Shown: positions 34,095 through 45,258 of the stretch, piece by piece
How positions within the stretch are numbered: position 1 is the stretch's first letter
Layout: each line of letters opens with the position of its first letter
NCBI GenBank assembly: GCA_043228905.1
Contig: JBHGNT010000008.1
Span: forward strand, 7,440,001 to 7,504,000
Reading direction: 5' to 3'
DNA from: Azolla caroliniana
Taxonomy: Eukaryota > Plantae > Polypodiophyta
Length of the DNA: 64,000 bases
The notes under the pieces: generated by a model
The model's input: the letters and a program-made list of their open reading frames with translations, nothing else
What the model was told of the DNA's origin: nothing
Databases searched by the model: none
Translations under genes and position numbers: made by a program

Positions 34095-37000
34095 TTATGA
34101 CACTATCCTCCCTTTAAAACGACGAGTTTCACGAGTCGTTTTGGATTGAGGACCCGGTTTCTCGGGATATCGTCGATGGAAGTCTTCTAGAAGAGCACGA
34201 GCATTGGTCACATTCTCGATCGGTTCCCAAGTACGCTCGCTGGGACTATATCCTAGCCAATCGACTAGATAGTAGAGCTTGTTGCGAACAATCTTGGAAT
34301 CGAGGATGGCAGCGACCTCATACTCAGGTCCATCTTCGAGCTCGATAGGAGGTGGAGGTTGTATAGTACGTCCTGGGATAGTGCTCTCGTGATAGGGTTC
34401 GAGGAGAGAACTATGAAACACCGGGTGTATCCGAAGTTGCGGAGGTAGCTCGAGACGAAAAGCGACATCATTAATCTTTCCGATAATACGGAAAGGACCT
34501 AATCGTCGATAATCCAACTTCTCACATGGGCGAGTAGTCTTGATGTGTCGTCGTAGCAGCCACACCCGATCTCCAATGTTAAAACTGGATGGAAGTCGAT
34601 GACGATCTGCGTAGTCCTTGTGTGATTGTTGAGCTTGCTGGAGTTGAGTAGATAAATCCGCTTGTATCTTGCGTAACCGCTCCAAACGATCCTCCGCGTA
34701 AGGATTTGTGGACACTTCTGGGGTTTCAAGGACACACCACCGGGGATGATATCCCGTATAAGCGTAGAATGGCGTGACTTTAGTCGATGCGTGGATAGCG
34801 TTATTATAGGCAAATTCGGCAAACGGAAGAATATCTGCCCAGTCATTCTGATGATAGTTGAGAAAGCACCGCAGATACTGCTCCAGTGTTTGATTTGTTC
34901 GTTCGGCTTGACCGTCGGTTTGTGGGTGGTAGCCGGAGGAGAGGTTACAAGTGACCTTCAGCATTTTAAAAAGGTGCTTCCAGAATTTTGACACAAACTG
35001 GGGTCCACGATCGCTGATGATATTATCAGGGAGTCCATGATGCCGACATACTTCCCGCATGACAATTTCGGCGGTGTCTTCACTAGATATTTCTTTAGTA
35101 CATGGTAAGAAATGAGCCATCTTCGTATATCGATCCACCACTGTGAGAATCGCACTGAATCCCTTAGAGACTGGAAGATCTGTAATGAAGTCAAGAGCAA
35201 TGGATTGCCATGGCTTGCTTGGAATTGGTAATGGTTCTAATAAACCATATGGATGATGTCTTGGCATTTTCGCTCTGCAGCATGTATCGCAAGTCCGAAC
35301 AAAATCTTCGACAAATTGTCGCATACGGGGCCACCAGAATGATCGTTGTACTAAATCTAATGTTTTAGTACTACCAAAATGTCCTGCTGTATATGTGTCA
35401 TGGCAGTTTTGTACTACTCGAAGGCGGCAAGAACCATTAGGAACATACAAAAGTTCTTTAAAGAAGAGTAATCCATCACAGTATTTGAATTGCCGATAAT
35501 CCGTACCTGGTGATTGTGATTGTGAACATGACGCTCGAGAGGGGTCAATTTGTGCTAGTATAGCTTGGGCGAAAGCGTCAGTCTTCAAGTCCTCACGTAT
35601 AGTATTGGTAATGTCGGAATCCACGGGCATGTCAAAGATCTGTGCTGCTTGCAGTCGTGCTGGACCCAAGATTACTTGCTTCTGGTTATCGAAAGCTGGC
35701 TCACCGGGACGTGGTGTTAGATACGAACGCCGTGATAATGCATCTGCCTTCCCTTGGTGCTTCCCCGGACGATATGTAATTTTGAAGTCGAAGCGTGTGA
35801 GGAAATGGGCCCACCGAGCTTGACGTCGATTCAGTACACGAGCATCTTGAAAGTAGGCAAGGTTCTTGTGGTCACTGAATACAGTGACCTGATGAGGAGA
35901 TCCCTCCAGGAAATGCCTCCATTGCATAAAAGAATCAACTATTGCTAATAGCTCTTTATCATGAATTTCGTAGTTGATTTCGGCGGCGTCAAACTTACGG
36001 GAGTGGAAAGCCACAGGATGTAGCTTCTCGTCGTTACCCTGTTGTGACAGAATGCTCCCCAATGCGAAATCCGATGCATCAGCTTCGATAATGAATGGTT
36101 TTTCCGGATCCACATGACCTAAAATTGGAGCTGATGTAAACGCCTTCTTAAGACTCTCGAAAGCCATGTCCGTCTCTTTAGACCAAATGAATGATTGTCC
36201 CTTCCTGGTGAGCTGTGTGAGAGGCAGCACAATTTTTGAGTAATTTTGTATGAACTTCCGGTAGAAATTTGCAAAGCCTAGGAAGCATTGCACATCCCGC
36301 ACCGAACGCGGAGTGTGCCATTCTATCACCGTTTTGACCTTGGCTGGGTCCATAGATATGCCTTCTGAGGAGATGACATAGCCGAGAAACTCCACTTGGT
36401 TGCACCCGAAACTACATTTCTCTAACTTTGCATACAGACCATGTTCTCGAAGTCGTTTTAGTACTAATAGTACATGAGAATCATGTTCTTCTTGGGTCTT
36501 TGAATAAACCAGTAGATCATCCAAATAGATGATCAAAAAATCATCCAAGAGGTCTCGAAATATATCATTCGCCATGTGCTGGAAGACTGCCGGCGCATTA
36601 GTGAGTCCGAACGGCATGACCGTATACTCGAAGTGCCCATATCTGGTGCGAAACGCGGTCTTCCATTCATCTCCTGGTCGGATCCGTACGAGGTTATAGG
36701 CTCCTCGTAAGTCGATCTTCGTGAAGAACCTGGCACCGTTGATCCGTTCTAAAAGACTTGAGATAAGGGGAAGAGCATACCTATTTCTTACTGTGACCTT
36801 ATTCAAGCCACGGTAATCTACAACGAGTCGAAGCGAGCCATCTTTTTTCTTGACGAAGAAAATGGGTGCGCCGGCTGGAGATTTCGAATGCCGAATGAAA
36901 CCGTTCTCCAAATTCTCCTCTATATAGGCTCGAAGGACTTCTAGCTCGGTTGGTGACAAATTGTAGATCGGCCCCCATGGCGGCTCTTTTCCCGGTTGTA

Positions 37001-37691
37001 AGTCGATGGCGCAGTCGTACGGCCGATGATGAGGAAGTGTGTTGGCTTGTACTTTATCGAACACATCAGCATACTGACGATACTTCTCGGGAAGTTGAAC
37101 GGTGGACTCCTCTTTGGTGGTGCTGGAGGGTTGTACTGATATTGCAAAGAGAAACATTTCCTCCTTGCGCCCTTCCTCACGCAACTGACGTAGCGAAATG
37201 GTTGCAACCTTCTGGGTAGATCCTTGGGTTTGTCGCAACCGGATTTCCCTTGTCCTCCAATCTATGTCTGGGTCATGTAACTCGAACCATGGTAATCCTA
37301 AAACTATGGGATGTTCTGGAATACTAATAATATTAAATGATACTACACATGTTAAGTTATCTAGGACAATATTAACGGGTTCCGACTCTTCTATGATATT
37401 ACCAGAAGCAATGGGACGACCATCAATGACTACTACTGAGGCTGGACATGGGAGCTTTCTTAGAGATATCTGATGAGCTCGGGCAAAATTCCTATCCATG
37501 AAGCAAGAATTAGCTCCGGAATCTAGAAGGGCTAAGGTATGTACTGGAGGGGTACTTTTAGTACTAACTGCTACTTGGACTACGAACACATCACTAACTT
37601 GCTTAGAGGGAATGGAACCACTAATGGGCTGCACAGATCTAGGGCTGTCCAACCAAACGGCTCCTATTTTGGCTGGACTTAGTCGTTTAAC
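34095..37691 (-). CDS. C1 pol (PR, RT, RH, INT, chromodomain), expressed by -1 frameshift
   Basis: LLDSGA, YLDD, ADASD, HHCC/DDE, GPF, YEVAAILD...YLVDWLGY...TWEP. Confidence 0.95.
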   Translation of the reverse strand, partial: VKRLSPAKIGAVWLDSPRSVQPISGSIPSKQVSDVFVVQVAVSTKSTPPVHTLALLDSGANSCFMDRNFARAHQISLRKLPCPASVVVIDGRPIASGNIIEESEPVNIVLDNLTCVVSFNIISIPEHPIVLGLPWFELHDPDIDWRTREIRLRQTQGSTQKVATISLRQLREEGRKEEMFLFAISVQPSSTTKEESTVQLPEKYRQYADVFDKVQANTLPHHRPYDCAIDLQPGKEPPWGPIYNLSPTELEVLRAYIEENLENGFIRHSKSPAGAPIFFVKKKDGSLRLVVDYRGLNKVTVRNRYALPLISSLLERINGARFFTKIDLRGAYNLVRIRPGDEWKTAFRTRYGHFEYTVMPFGLTNAPAVFQHMANDIFRDLLDDFLIIYLDDLLVYSKTQEEHDSHVLLVLKRLREHGLYAKLEKCSFGCNQVEFLGYVISSEGISMDPAKVKTVIEWHTPRSVRDVQCFLGFANFYRKFIQNYSKIVLPLTQLTRKGQSFIWSKETDMAFESLKKAFTSAPILGHVDPEKPFIIEADASDFALGSILSQQGNDEKLHPVAFHSRKFDAAEINYEIHDKELLAIVDSFMQWRHFLEGSPHQVTVFSDHKNLAYFQDARVLNRRQARWAHFLTRFDFKITYRPGKHQGKADALSRRSYLTPRPGEPAFDNQKQVILGPARLQAAQIFDMPVDSDITNTIREDLKTDAFAQAILAQIDPSRASCSQSQSPGTDYRQFKYCDGLLFFKELLYVPNGSCRLRVVQNCHDTYTAGHFGSTKTLDLVQRSFWWPRMRQFVEDFVRTCDTCCRAKMPRHHPYGLLEPLPIPSKPWQSIALDFITDLPVSKGFSAILTVVDRYTKMAHFLPCTKEISSEDTAEIVMREVCRHHGLPDNIISDRGPQFVSKFWKHLFKMLKVTCNLSSGYHPQTDGQAERTNQTLEQYLRCFLNYHQNDWADILPFAEFAYNNAIHASTKVTPFYAYTGYHPRWCVLETPEVSTNPYAEDRLERLRKIQADLSTQLQQAQQSHKDYADRHRLPSSFNIGDRVWLLRRHIKTTRPCEKLDYRRLGPFRIIGKINDVAFRLELPPQLRIHPVFHSSLLEPYHESTIPGRTIQPPPPIELEDGPEYEVAAILDSKIVRNKLYYLVDWLGYSPSERTWEPIENVTNARALLEDFHRRYPEKPGPQSKTTRETRRFKGRIVS
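37640..37691 (-). promoter_or_regulatory. -1 ribosomal frameshift signal (G UUA AAC plus pseudoknot); copy at 52263-52314
   Basis: pol is in the -1 frame; 6-nt spacer, then 11-bp stem GUCCAGCCAAA/UUUGGUUGGAC; loop can pair with downstream GCCCUA. Confidence 0.8.
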
Positions 37692-38848
37692 TCTTCTTCT
37701 AATTGGCTAAGGACATCAAATTTGTTTGCGAGATTCGGACTATTAGTACTATTAGGACTATTATGACTATGAGGATTATCAGAGATTCCTACTGACATAG
37801 ACTCGGGTTTAGTATAGTCAGAACTAACAATGACTTGGTTTACCTGCCTTCTTGGTCTATGGGGACAGTTTATCGCGATATGCCCTGGTCCACCGCAATA
37901 AAGGCATAATCGGTTTGTTCGGCGTCGTTGCTTTTCCTCCTCCGATAGCGGCCCACGACGACGTGTAGTGTCAATTTCCATTGGAGTTGGAGTACTTACT
38001 GGAGGCGCATTATGTGACTCCCTTTGAAAAGGTTTCGCTACCATTGAGGCATAGGTAGGCTCGGATCTTGCCCTCGGCATCTGAAATTGTCGTTCCGAAC
38101 GTCGCTCGAAGAGGCGGTTGTCACATCTGACCGCTCGACTGATTGCTTCTGTTAATGATTTTGGCTCTTCAGGGAAAGTCAAGAGTAAATCCTTGACATC
38201 GTTGCGTAGACCATAGCGGAACTGCTCCATCAATGCTTGATCATCCCAGGGGATATCGGCGGCGAGTAGGCGGAAATCTGCAGCATATGCGGAGGCTGGA
38301 CGGTCACCTTGGCGTAATCGCCGGATTTTGTTGATTGCAGTCCTTATGCTGTCAGTATCTCCAAAACATGCTTTAAACTCACTTATGAATTCTTCAAAAT
38401 TATTTAGTACTGGAGATTCCTTTTCTAGTAGCGGTGCGAACCATGCTAATGCTGAGCCAGTTAACAACGTGCCTACTAAACCCACTCGTGATGCATCGGT
38501 GGGATATCGGGACGGATGCATTTGAATAACTAACCGTACCTGGTTAAGAAACCCTCTAAACTGCGATCGCGTTCCATCGAACTTCGTGGGAAGGCCAATC
38601 TTGGGTTCTTTATGAATCCCTTGTGCTCCGTGCCCTTGTTGTTGCATTGCTACGATGGTTGCTTCGAGTTGTTGCACGCGTAACGCAAGTTCCCCATGCT
38701 GTTGTTGCGTTTGCTGCTTTTCTAAGGAAATTTGCTGAAGATCCCCCAACAAGCGTTGATTTTCTTGTTCCAAAGCATGAAACTTCTCTTTCAAGCATTG
38801 AAATTCCGAGAAAACGGATTGATACTCTTCAGCGCTAACGGTGGCCAT
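37679..38848 (-). CDS. C1 gag, 389 aa
   Basis: PTKFDG...FLNQ, LRQG..ASAYAADF, PMEID, CLYCGGPGHIAINC. Confidence 0.95.
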   Translation of the reverse strand: MATVSAEEYQSVFSEFQCLKEKFHALEQENQRLLGDLQQISLEKQQTQQQHGELALRVQQLEATIVAMQQQGHGAQGIHKEPKIGLPTKFDGTRSQFRGFLNQVRLVIQMHPSRYPTDASRVGLVGTLLTGSALAWFAPLLEKESPVLNNFEEFISEFKACFGDTDSIRTAINKIRRLRQGDRPASAYAADFRLLAADIPWDDQALMEQFRYGLRNDVKDLLLTFPEEPKSLTEAISRAVRCDNRLFERRSERQFQMPRARSEPTYASMVAKPFQRESHNAPPVSTPTPMEIDTTRRRGPLSEEEKQRRRTNRLCLYCGGPGHIAINCPHRPRRQVNQVIVSSDYTKPESMSVGISDNPHSHNSPNSTNSPNLANKFDVLSQLEEELND

Positions 38849-38926
38849 GGGATGAAGGAAAAGGGAAATAAGAGACTAGTAGGAAAGGAGAGAGACAGAA
38901 GGAAGAGGGAGACTAGTAGGAGGAAA

Positions 38927-38938
38927 AAATCGGTTCAA
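38927..38938 (-). promoter_or_regulatory. C1 self-priming PBS
   Basis: TTGAACCGATTT (minus strand), 2 nt from the LTR, is complementary to LTR segment 39201-39212 located ~33 nt past TATAAAA. Confidence 0.8.
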
Positions 38939-39073
38939 ACTGTCAGGAACTCTATTAAGGCAGAGAAGGAATTAGTACTAAAAGAAGGATTAGTACTATT
39001 GTTGGGGAATAGTACTAAGACAGAGAAGGATTAGTACTATGAGAGGTGTCGAACTTTGAGAGAAGGAATGAGT

Positions 39074-39131
<58 letters not shown>

Positions 39132-39699
39132 TGATGCGAAAGATATATGTATTATATGACGGAAGATATACAACAGTAGTTAGAAGGCTTAAGACTGGCG
39201 TTGAACCGATTTGGTTCGAACTAATGCCTTGCACCTCCTTTTATAGTGTCTTCAGGAATACTCCTGAAGTTTCTAGAATGTTCCAGAGAAATCTGGAATA
39301 TACATCAATTTCCTAATAAAACCTAAATGAAAATAATATCCTTCAAATTACAACTCATAACCTAATGGTAAAGTCTCGACCCGTGTAACAAAAGGTTATG
39401 GGTTCGAGTCTAGTTATGACATAGTTATGACAAAAGTCTCTAGAATGTTTCTAGAATGTTCCAGAGAAATCTGGAATATACATCAATTTCCTAATAAAAC
39501 CTAAATGAAAATAATATCCTTCAAATTACAACTCATAACCTAATGGTAAAGTCTCGACCCGTGTAACAAAAGGTTATGGGTTCGAGTCTAGTTATGACAT
39601 AGTTATGACAGAAAGCATCCTCGACATCTTAAAGGAGGAATGAAACGAGGATCACGCCTAAAAGGCAATTTTTGTAATATTGTTAGTATTTTGTAAGTC

Positions 39700-39739
39700 G
39701 TGGGTCCGACGGACAAGGTCCTGTCCCACGGGCGTGCCA
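39700..39739 (+). promoter_or_regulatory. tRNA-Arg-like hairpin/CCA module at the PPT position (B)
   Basis: GTGGGTCCGACGGACAAGGTCCTGTCCCACGGGCGTGCCA, then GG, then LTR at 39742. Confidence 0.85.
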
Positions 39740-39741
39740 GG

Positions 39742-40195
39742 TGTTGTCCAGAGGACATAAATGTAAAATTAGGAAATTAGCAAACGCCGAGTCCGAGTAT
39801 CACGAGCCACCGATGGCTCGACGGTGTGTTAGGGGAAAAGTTATTTAAACGAGGAGCAGTACCTCAGAAAGGGAGAGAAGAAAATTATAGGCGGAAGCAC
39901 TAGCTTAGTCATTCGAATTAGATAAACTCGTAAGGTCACCGGCCATAGGCCGTGTTCTGTAATCCTTTTCTGCCATAGTAATATATCTTAATTGTGCCTA
40001 TTTTGCTGCATGAGTTTGTGTTTCGATCTATACCTATGAGTTTCACGCCGCCACGTCTATCAAAACCTCGCTAGTGTTTTCTCTCTGAGCCCTGTATCTC
40101 TCTCGACGCCTCTGTACGAGCCTTCATGTACGACGCCCTTGAAGACCGATAGACGCAGATCTATCGAAGGTGTTCACCCAAAGGAACGGGTAACA
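39742..40195 (+). repeat. B 3' LTR
   Basis: Matches the split 5' LTR. Confidence 0.93.
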
Positions 40196-42495
40196 CATTT
40201 AACTCCTAATTGCCTCCTTAAAAACATCTTTTGAATTTTCTCAATCTTGTTCCATGCATTAAGAGAGATGGTGCCACCACATACTTCTACTCCATAAAGC
40301 AATACTTGAGTTACCATGGCATTGAACAACATTAATTTTACTTCCCATCCACACGTATCACTTTGGTTGCATTGGTTCTCCAAAAGGTAATATGATTTCC
40401 AACCAGCTTGGAGTCTAGAATCAAAGCATGCACTCCATTTATTTGTGGCGGGTACATCAATACCAAGATATTTAAAGCTTTGAACAAATTGTATATGTTC
40501 ACCTTTATATGTGAGCATAGGGTAATGATGAGGTTGGATGGTTTGCACTACCATCATTTTTGTTTTCTCCACATTCACTGCTAGTCCACTACTATGGCAA
40601 CATTCTTCTAATACCCCAAGTAAATGTTGCATACTATCAACATCATATGAGAAGAGTACCCCATCATCCACATATAGAAGCGATAAGATAACATGTTGCA
40701 TGAAATTGGGGCCATTCAATCCTTCTTCTCTTGCAACCTTATTCACCACTTCTTCTAATTTATCAATACATAAGCCAAAGAGTGTGGGTGATAGTGGACA
40801 TCCATGTTACTTAAAAAGCTCTTTGAGAATCCACTATCCATTTTTAGTTGGCATTTAACTTGTTCATATAGGCGTGCAACCGAAACTCGGTACTCTAATG
40901 GCATGTCAATGTCAACCATTCTATTCCAAAGCTCACTTCGTGGTACAATATCAAAAGCTTTCTTGAAATCAACAAAACAACAATAAAGTGTTTTTCCTCG
41001 TAGTCGACTCTCTTCCATGATTACTCTTAATGTGAACAAATGATCCACGGTGGAGTGTTTTGGTCTAAATCCGGCTTGCCCAAGTGCTCTTTTGCTTGTA
41101 CTTTCAGCCCATGTGCTTATCTTTTGCTCCATAATAGTACTATATAATTTAGCAATAGTTGAGCTCACCATTATTGTACGATAATTTGCTACTTGATTCT
41201 TATCTCCGCCTTTAAATATTGGTTTAATCCAATTCATAAGACAATCGTTTGGAAATCCTTGTTTTATAGCTTGCTCTAAAATTGTCATTATCCAATCACG
41301 AGTGTGTGGCATTGTCCATTTTAAAAGCTCACTTGAGACGTAGGTGGAATCTGCTGCTTTCCCACTTGCCATCTTCTTTATTCCCTTATTGACATCATCA
41401 ATATCGATACATGTAGTGCATGGAGTTTCCATTTTCTTAACCATAGGAGCCACACCTTCATGCATATATAACCTTTGTACATAGTCTAGCATCTCTTCAT
41501 TTGTAAAGTGACCTTTCACATCTTGTTTCTTACCCTTGAGTTGTCCCCATGCTAATTTTGGTTTGAGCTTAAACAAGTTTTTCTTTTTCATCTCTTGCAT
41601 TTGGAAATATCTTCTTTTCTTTCTCCTCACTACTTTCTTGTATATGTGCCATGCAACAATCTTTTCATTCCCCCCTTCTATGGACTTAAACCATTTGAGA
41701 TACATCTTACATTCATCGTCGAACCAAGAATTACATGGAAAACTACACACCTTATGCCCACCCACATGTCTCTTAAAGCATTGATATCCAACCTTAAGGA
41801 TTATATCCCTCAAATGTTGCCAATTTTCTTTAACATCGTTGCTTAGAGAAAAATTTAACAAATGGTTCTCCACTTCATTTGCATACATCTTAGCTTTTTC
41901 ATAGCAAGGTTGGATGATACATCTCTTTTCGTCTTTCACTTCACGACATCTAGTGGAATGTGGAATTGCAAGCTCTAAGTACAATGGCTAGTGGTCTGAG
42001 TCTTGAGAGAGAGAACCAACTTTAAACACATTCACCAATGATAGATCACATGCCAACATTAATGCATAATCAACCACACTTCCTCCACCCGAGGATGGTA
42101 AACATGTGAGCACATTTGTCAATGCGAATGCCTTTATACCATTTAGGATAATCAAGTTTGTGCAATTTAGCATATGTATCAAAAGTTTTCCATAATCTGA
42201 CATGACACAATCCTTTGAGTCACGCAATAGACAATGTTCTACTACATTTTCTTCAAATGTCTCCACGTTTTGGAAATTTCCAACTCTTGCATTGAAGTCT
42301 CCCATAATTAAAACTTTACCAAGGTTCTCAAATGAAAGTATATCATGGCATAACTCTGTAAAAGGATCATCACAATCTAACCCAAACCTACTATAGTAGT
42401 TTGAGTCTTTGTGAGGAATGTAACATGCAACTATATACAACTTCTCTTTCCCCAAATTAACCTCTATCCATATGTATCTCTTATAGTCATCATAT

Positions 42496-42498
<3 letters not shown>
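40196..42498 (-). mobile_element. LINE, 5' part: APE endonuclease and RT, frameshifted, 5' truncated
   Basis: MGDFNAR, VVDY, DSDH (APE); NYRTI, QAGFR, FVDFKKAFD, LLYVDD, KYLG (RT). Confidence 0.9.

Positions 42499-42538
<40 letters not shown>
42499..42538. repeat. (GA)n microsatellite
   Basis: Seen directly; other (GA/CT)n runs lie in the C LTRs and near 45218-45256. Confidence 0.9.
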
Positions 42539-42539
<1 letters not shown>

Positions 42540-42542
<3 letters not shown>

Positions 42543-43483
42543 TTTTCTTATATTTCATTCATTCCCCATAAGGGTGTTAAATAGTACAAGAGGGGGGCAG
42601 ATACATAGGGGTGCAAGCCCCCTTGGCCATTCACACTAATCACTCACAGTCTCATACCTCTTCTTATCTATCCACTCATACTTACATTCATGCTCATAAT
42701 TGTATACATTACACATACATACAACAACATTAAGTTTCTTCACCCTCACTCAACTCTCCGTACATCTCGTACGGTAACACATTATGGCATGCTCGTGGGA
42801 CAATACCTTGCACGTCGATCCCACATGCCTTGATCATCATCTCTATTCGACCAGAACTTCCATCGGTCCTCTCATTGATCAACTCCCTCGATCGGAATGC
42901 TTGACTCGAAAATCTCCTTTGGTTAGCAAATCTTTCTCGACATGAACATTCTTGTTTTGTCAGCACACGATCTTCATCATGGGTCGAAAATCGCGTTGTG
43001 TGTATGTGTTCTTCCTTGTATTTTGTGTAAGAAGTTTCGTATTTTCAAAATTTTGGATGGCCTTGGGTTTTTAAAATTCTATTATATACCCTCGTGTTTT
43101 TACATTTCTCCCTATGCCCCTCATGTTTGTGAAATTTTTCAAATGCCCTTGTCTCTCTCTTTTTTCTTATGATTATTATTATTATTTCCTGTTTTATTTT
43201 ATTCATACTTTCGTTATTTTGTGTTGTTATGTTTAGGTCATATTTTTTTCCCTCCCTTTTCTATGTCTATCTCCATCTACTTCGATTTCTTCCTCTTGTC
43301 TGTTTCTTTATTTTCTTCTTTTCCAAAAATTTCCCCTGTTTGTCTATGTGTGCATCTTCTTTTTCTCTACTTTTCTCTTTCTTCCTTGCTTCTTATTGCA
43401 TCTCTTTCTCCGACTGTTTTGTATTTTTCTTCGTCGTCCATTTATCCTCTCTTCTTCCTCTATTTCTTCTTCTTCTTTTCTTT
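42540..43483 (-). mobile_element. Element E: old 3' remnant (partial LTR ending at 42779 plus module at 42785-42824)
   Basis: Minus strand GTGGGATCGACGTGCAAGGTATTGTCCCACGAGCATGCCA, then TAATG, then TGTTACC; outer limits uncertain. Confidence 0.55.
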
Positions 43484-43980
43484 TGTTATGCTAGTGTCTT
43501 TACTCTGGGCTGGACTTAGCCTCAAACACAGGGTGTCCATTCCGAAACACTTCACCAAAGGGGTGGTTAAGGGATGAATGTTATTCGGTTATCCGATTCC
43601 GATCCGACTAACTCGGGTTACTTCCAGATTGTTAAGACAAAGCAGATTAGATATAACACGCATAAGGTTAACAATTGAAGCGCAGAACGACAAGTACACC
43701 AGAGACCCAATAGAATTAAAAAAGAACACTGAAACTGGTATTACGTCCTCTAACAATTACATCAATTGTGGATCCTTTTATAGGCATTTGGTAGGAATTA
43801 CAAAACAGTGCCTTACCGGCTACCGACACTATTAATCGGTGTGGATCCGGATCGGTACAACTATCCAGATACGCCCGTTCTTATAATATTTCCTAACTAA
43901 TAATTATGCTTCTAATAATATTATTCTCTGAATCATCCTTGTATACATTATCCCTCCGGATCATACTCTAGGCTAACACA

Positions 43981-44020
43981 TGGCACGCCCGTGGGACAGT
44001 GCCTTGCACGTCAAACCCAC
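43981..44020 (-). promoter_or_regulatory. tRNA-Arg-like hairpin/CCA module at the PPT position (F)
   Basis: Minus strand GTGGGTTTGACGTGCAAGGCACTGTCCCACGGGCGTGCCA, then TG, then LTR. Confidence 0.85.
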
Positions 44021-45215
44021 AGGTATGTCCAGTATGTCTAGGATGTCCAAGATACTTTGATCCAAAAGCTCGAGTGGTTCTTCTATCCGCAACAGGTGCT
44101 CCTTCGACTGTTGTTGTTGCTCCACTTCAGCACCTTCCTGCTGGTCTGTTCCGGCTCCTTCCCTTTGCTCATTTTCGGCCCTCTCCGGTTGTAACTCAGG
44201 TTGTGGCTGTGGTTGTGGTTGTTGCTCCTCATCACTAATGTTAATGGCCTCTACTCGCCTTTCCGCTTCCTTCCGCTGGCACTCGCGTTCATATCTCTCA
44301 AACTGCAGTTGTGTGTCGAGCTGATCATCTTCAAGCCTTTCGATGATCTTCCGGACAACCTCAATTTGTGTTTTGGCCAAGGCATAAAAGTCATCTGACA
44401 ACTCTTCCCGGATGGTCACAATGCTTTCTCATCCATTTTGTAAAAATGGTCGCCGACCTTCTTTCGGTTCTCCGCATCTGCCCGGAGTATCTGGAGTTTT
44501 GCCACTTGTTGCGACCATTGATTCCACACTATCGCCAAACAATCTTCTATCTTTGTCTTGTCCGGTTCCCCATGCCATGACGATCATCCGGATTCTATCG
44601 ATGCCCAACTTTGTTTTGTCGTTCATGGCCTCTTTTTCATTCTTAAGCAGTTTGATGAGGTCGGCAACAACGATTACTTGCACTTCATACGAGCCCTCAA
44701 TTTGGTTTGATAGGTTGTTTGCACCCTATCCAAAACCACCTTCTAACATTCCAACCCCTGGTAGTGTTGCAATGTGAGCTCCATCCTTTCTTTTGCCGCT
44801 TGCTCCATCACCTTCGTCGTCATCTCAACCATCATCTTCCCTTGATCTGTCAGTGCCTCTGTTTTTTTCTTTAACTCTGTGTGGGCCTCCTTTAGCTTCT
44901 CTTGTTGCCGGTCATAATCGGACCCCAGCTTCTTATGTTCCACCTCCAGCTGCTGATGGTCCTGGTACAACTTCCCGAAGTCCTCTGTTTTCCGTTTTAG
45001 GTACTAGTTGACCTGTGACCGCAACTAATCATCCCGATCCTTCTACTGCCGGACTTCTTCCTTGAGCCTTTCTGTTTCTGTCTCCGCCATTCTCTGCAGC
45101 TTATCCTTCTCTTGTAGCAAGTTCTCTCTTTCCTCCTTCAGACGATCATTGTTTGCTTGAATCTTCCAGAGACTTTCCTTGGTTCTTCGTTTTTCTTCCT
45201 CAGTTGTCTTCCTGT

Positions 45216-45258
<43 letters not shown>

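Larger units (their letters stand above)
33454..39610 (-). mobile_element. Element C1: intact chromovirus (Tcn1-like) LTR retrotransposon
   Basis: LTRs 33454-34102 and 38941-39610, TSD GAAAG, PPT AAAGGGGAGGATAG adjacent to 34102, self-priming type PBS. Confidence 0.96.
30841..39643 (+). pseudogene. B ORF2 (degenerate; interrupted by C1 at 33454-39610)
   Basis: WAAQAAELHILRADAEN*RKEG matches A ORF2; PDPES|ILDILKEE* rejoins across C1. Confidence 0.8.
14843..40195 (+). mobile_element. Element B: decayed non-chromovirus Ty3/gypsy element hosting A and C1
   Basis: 454-bp LTRs (14843-15211 plus 25101-25185; 39742-40195), about 6 differences, TSD CATTT. Confidence 0.92.
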
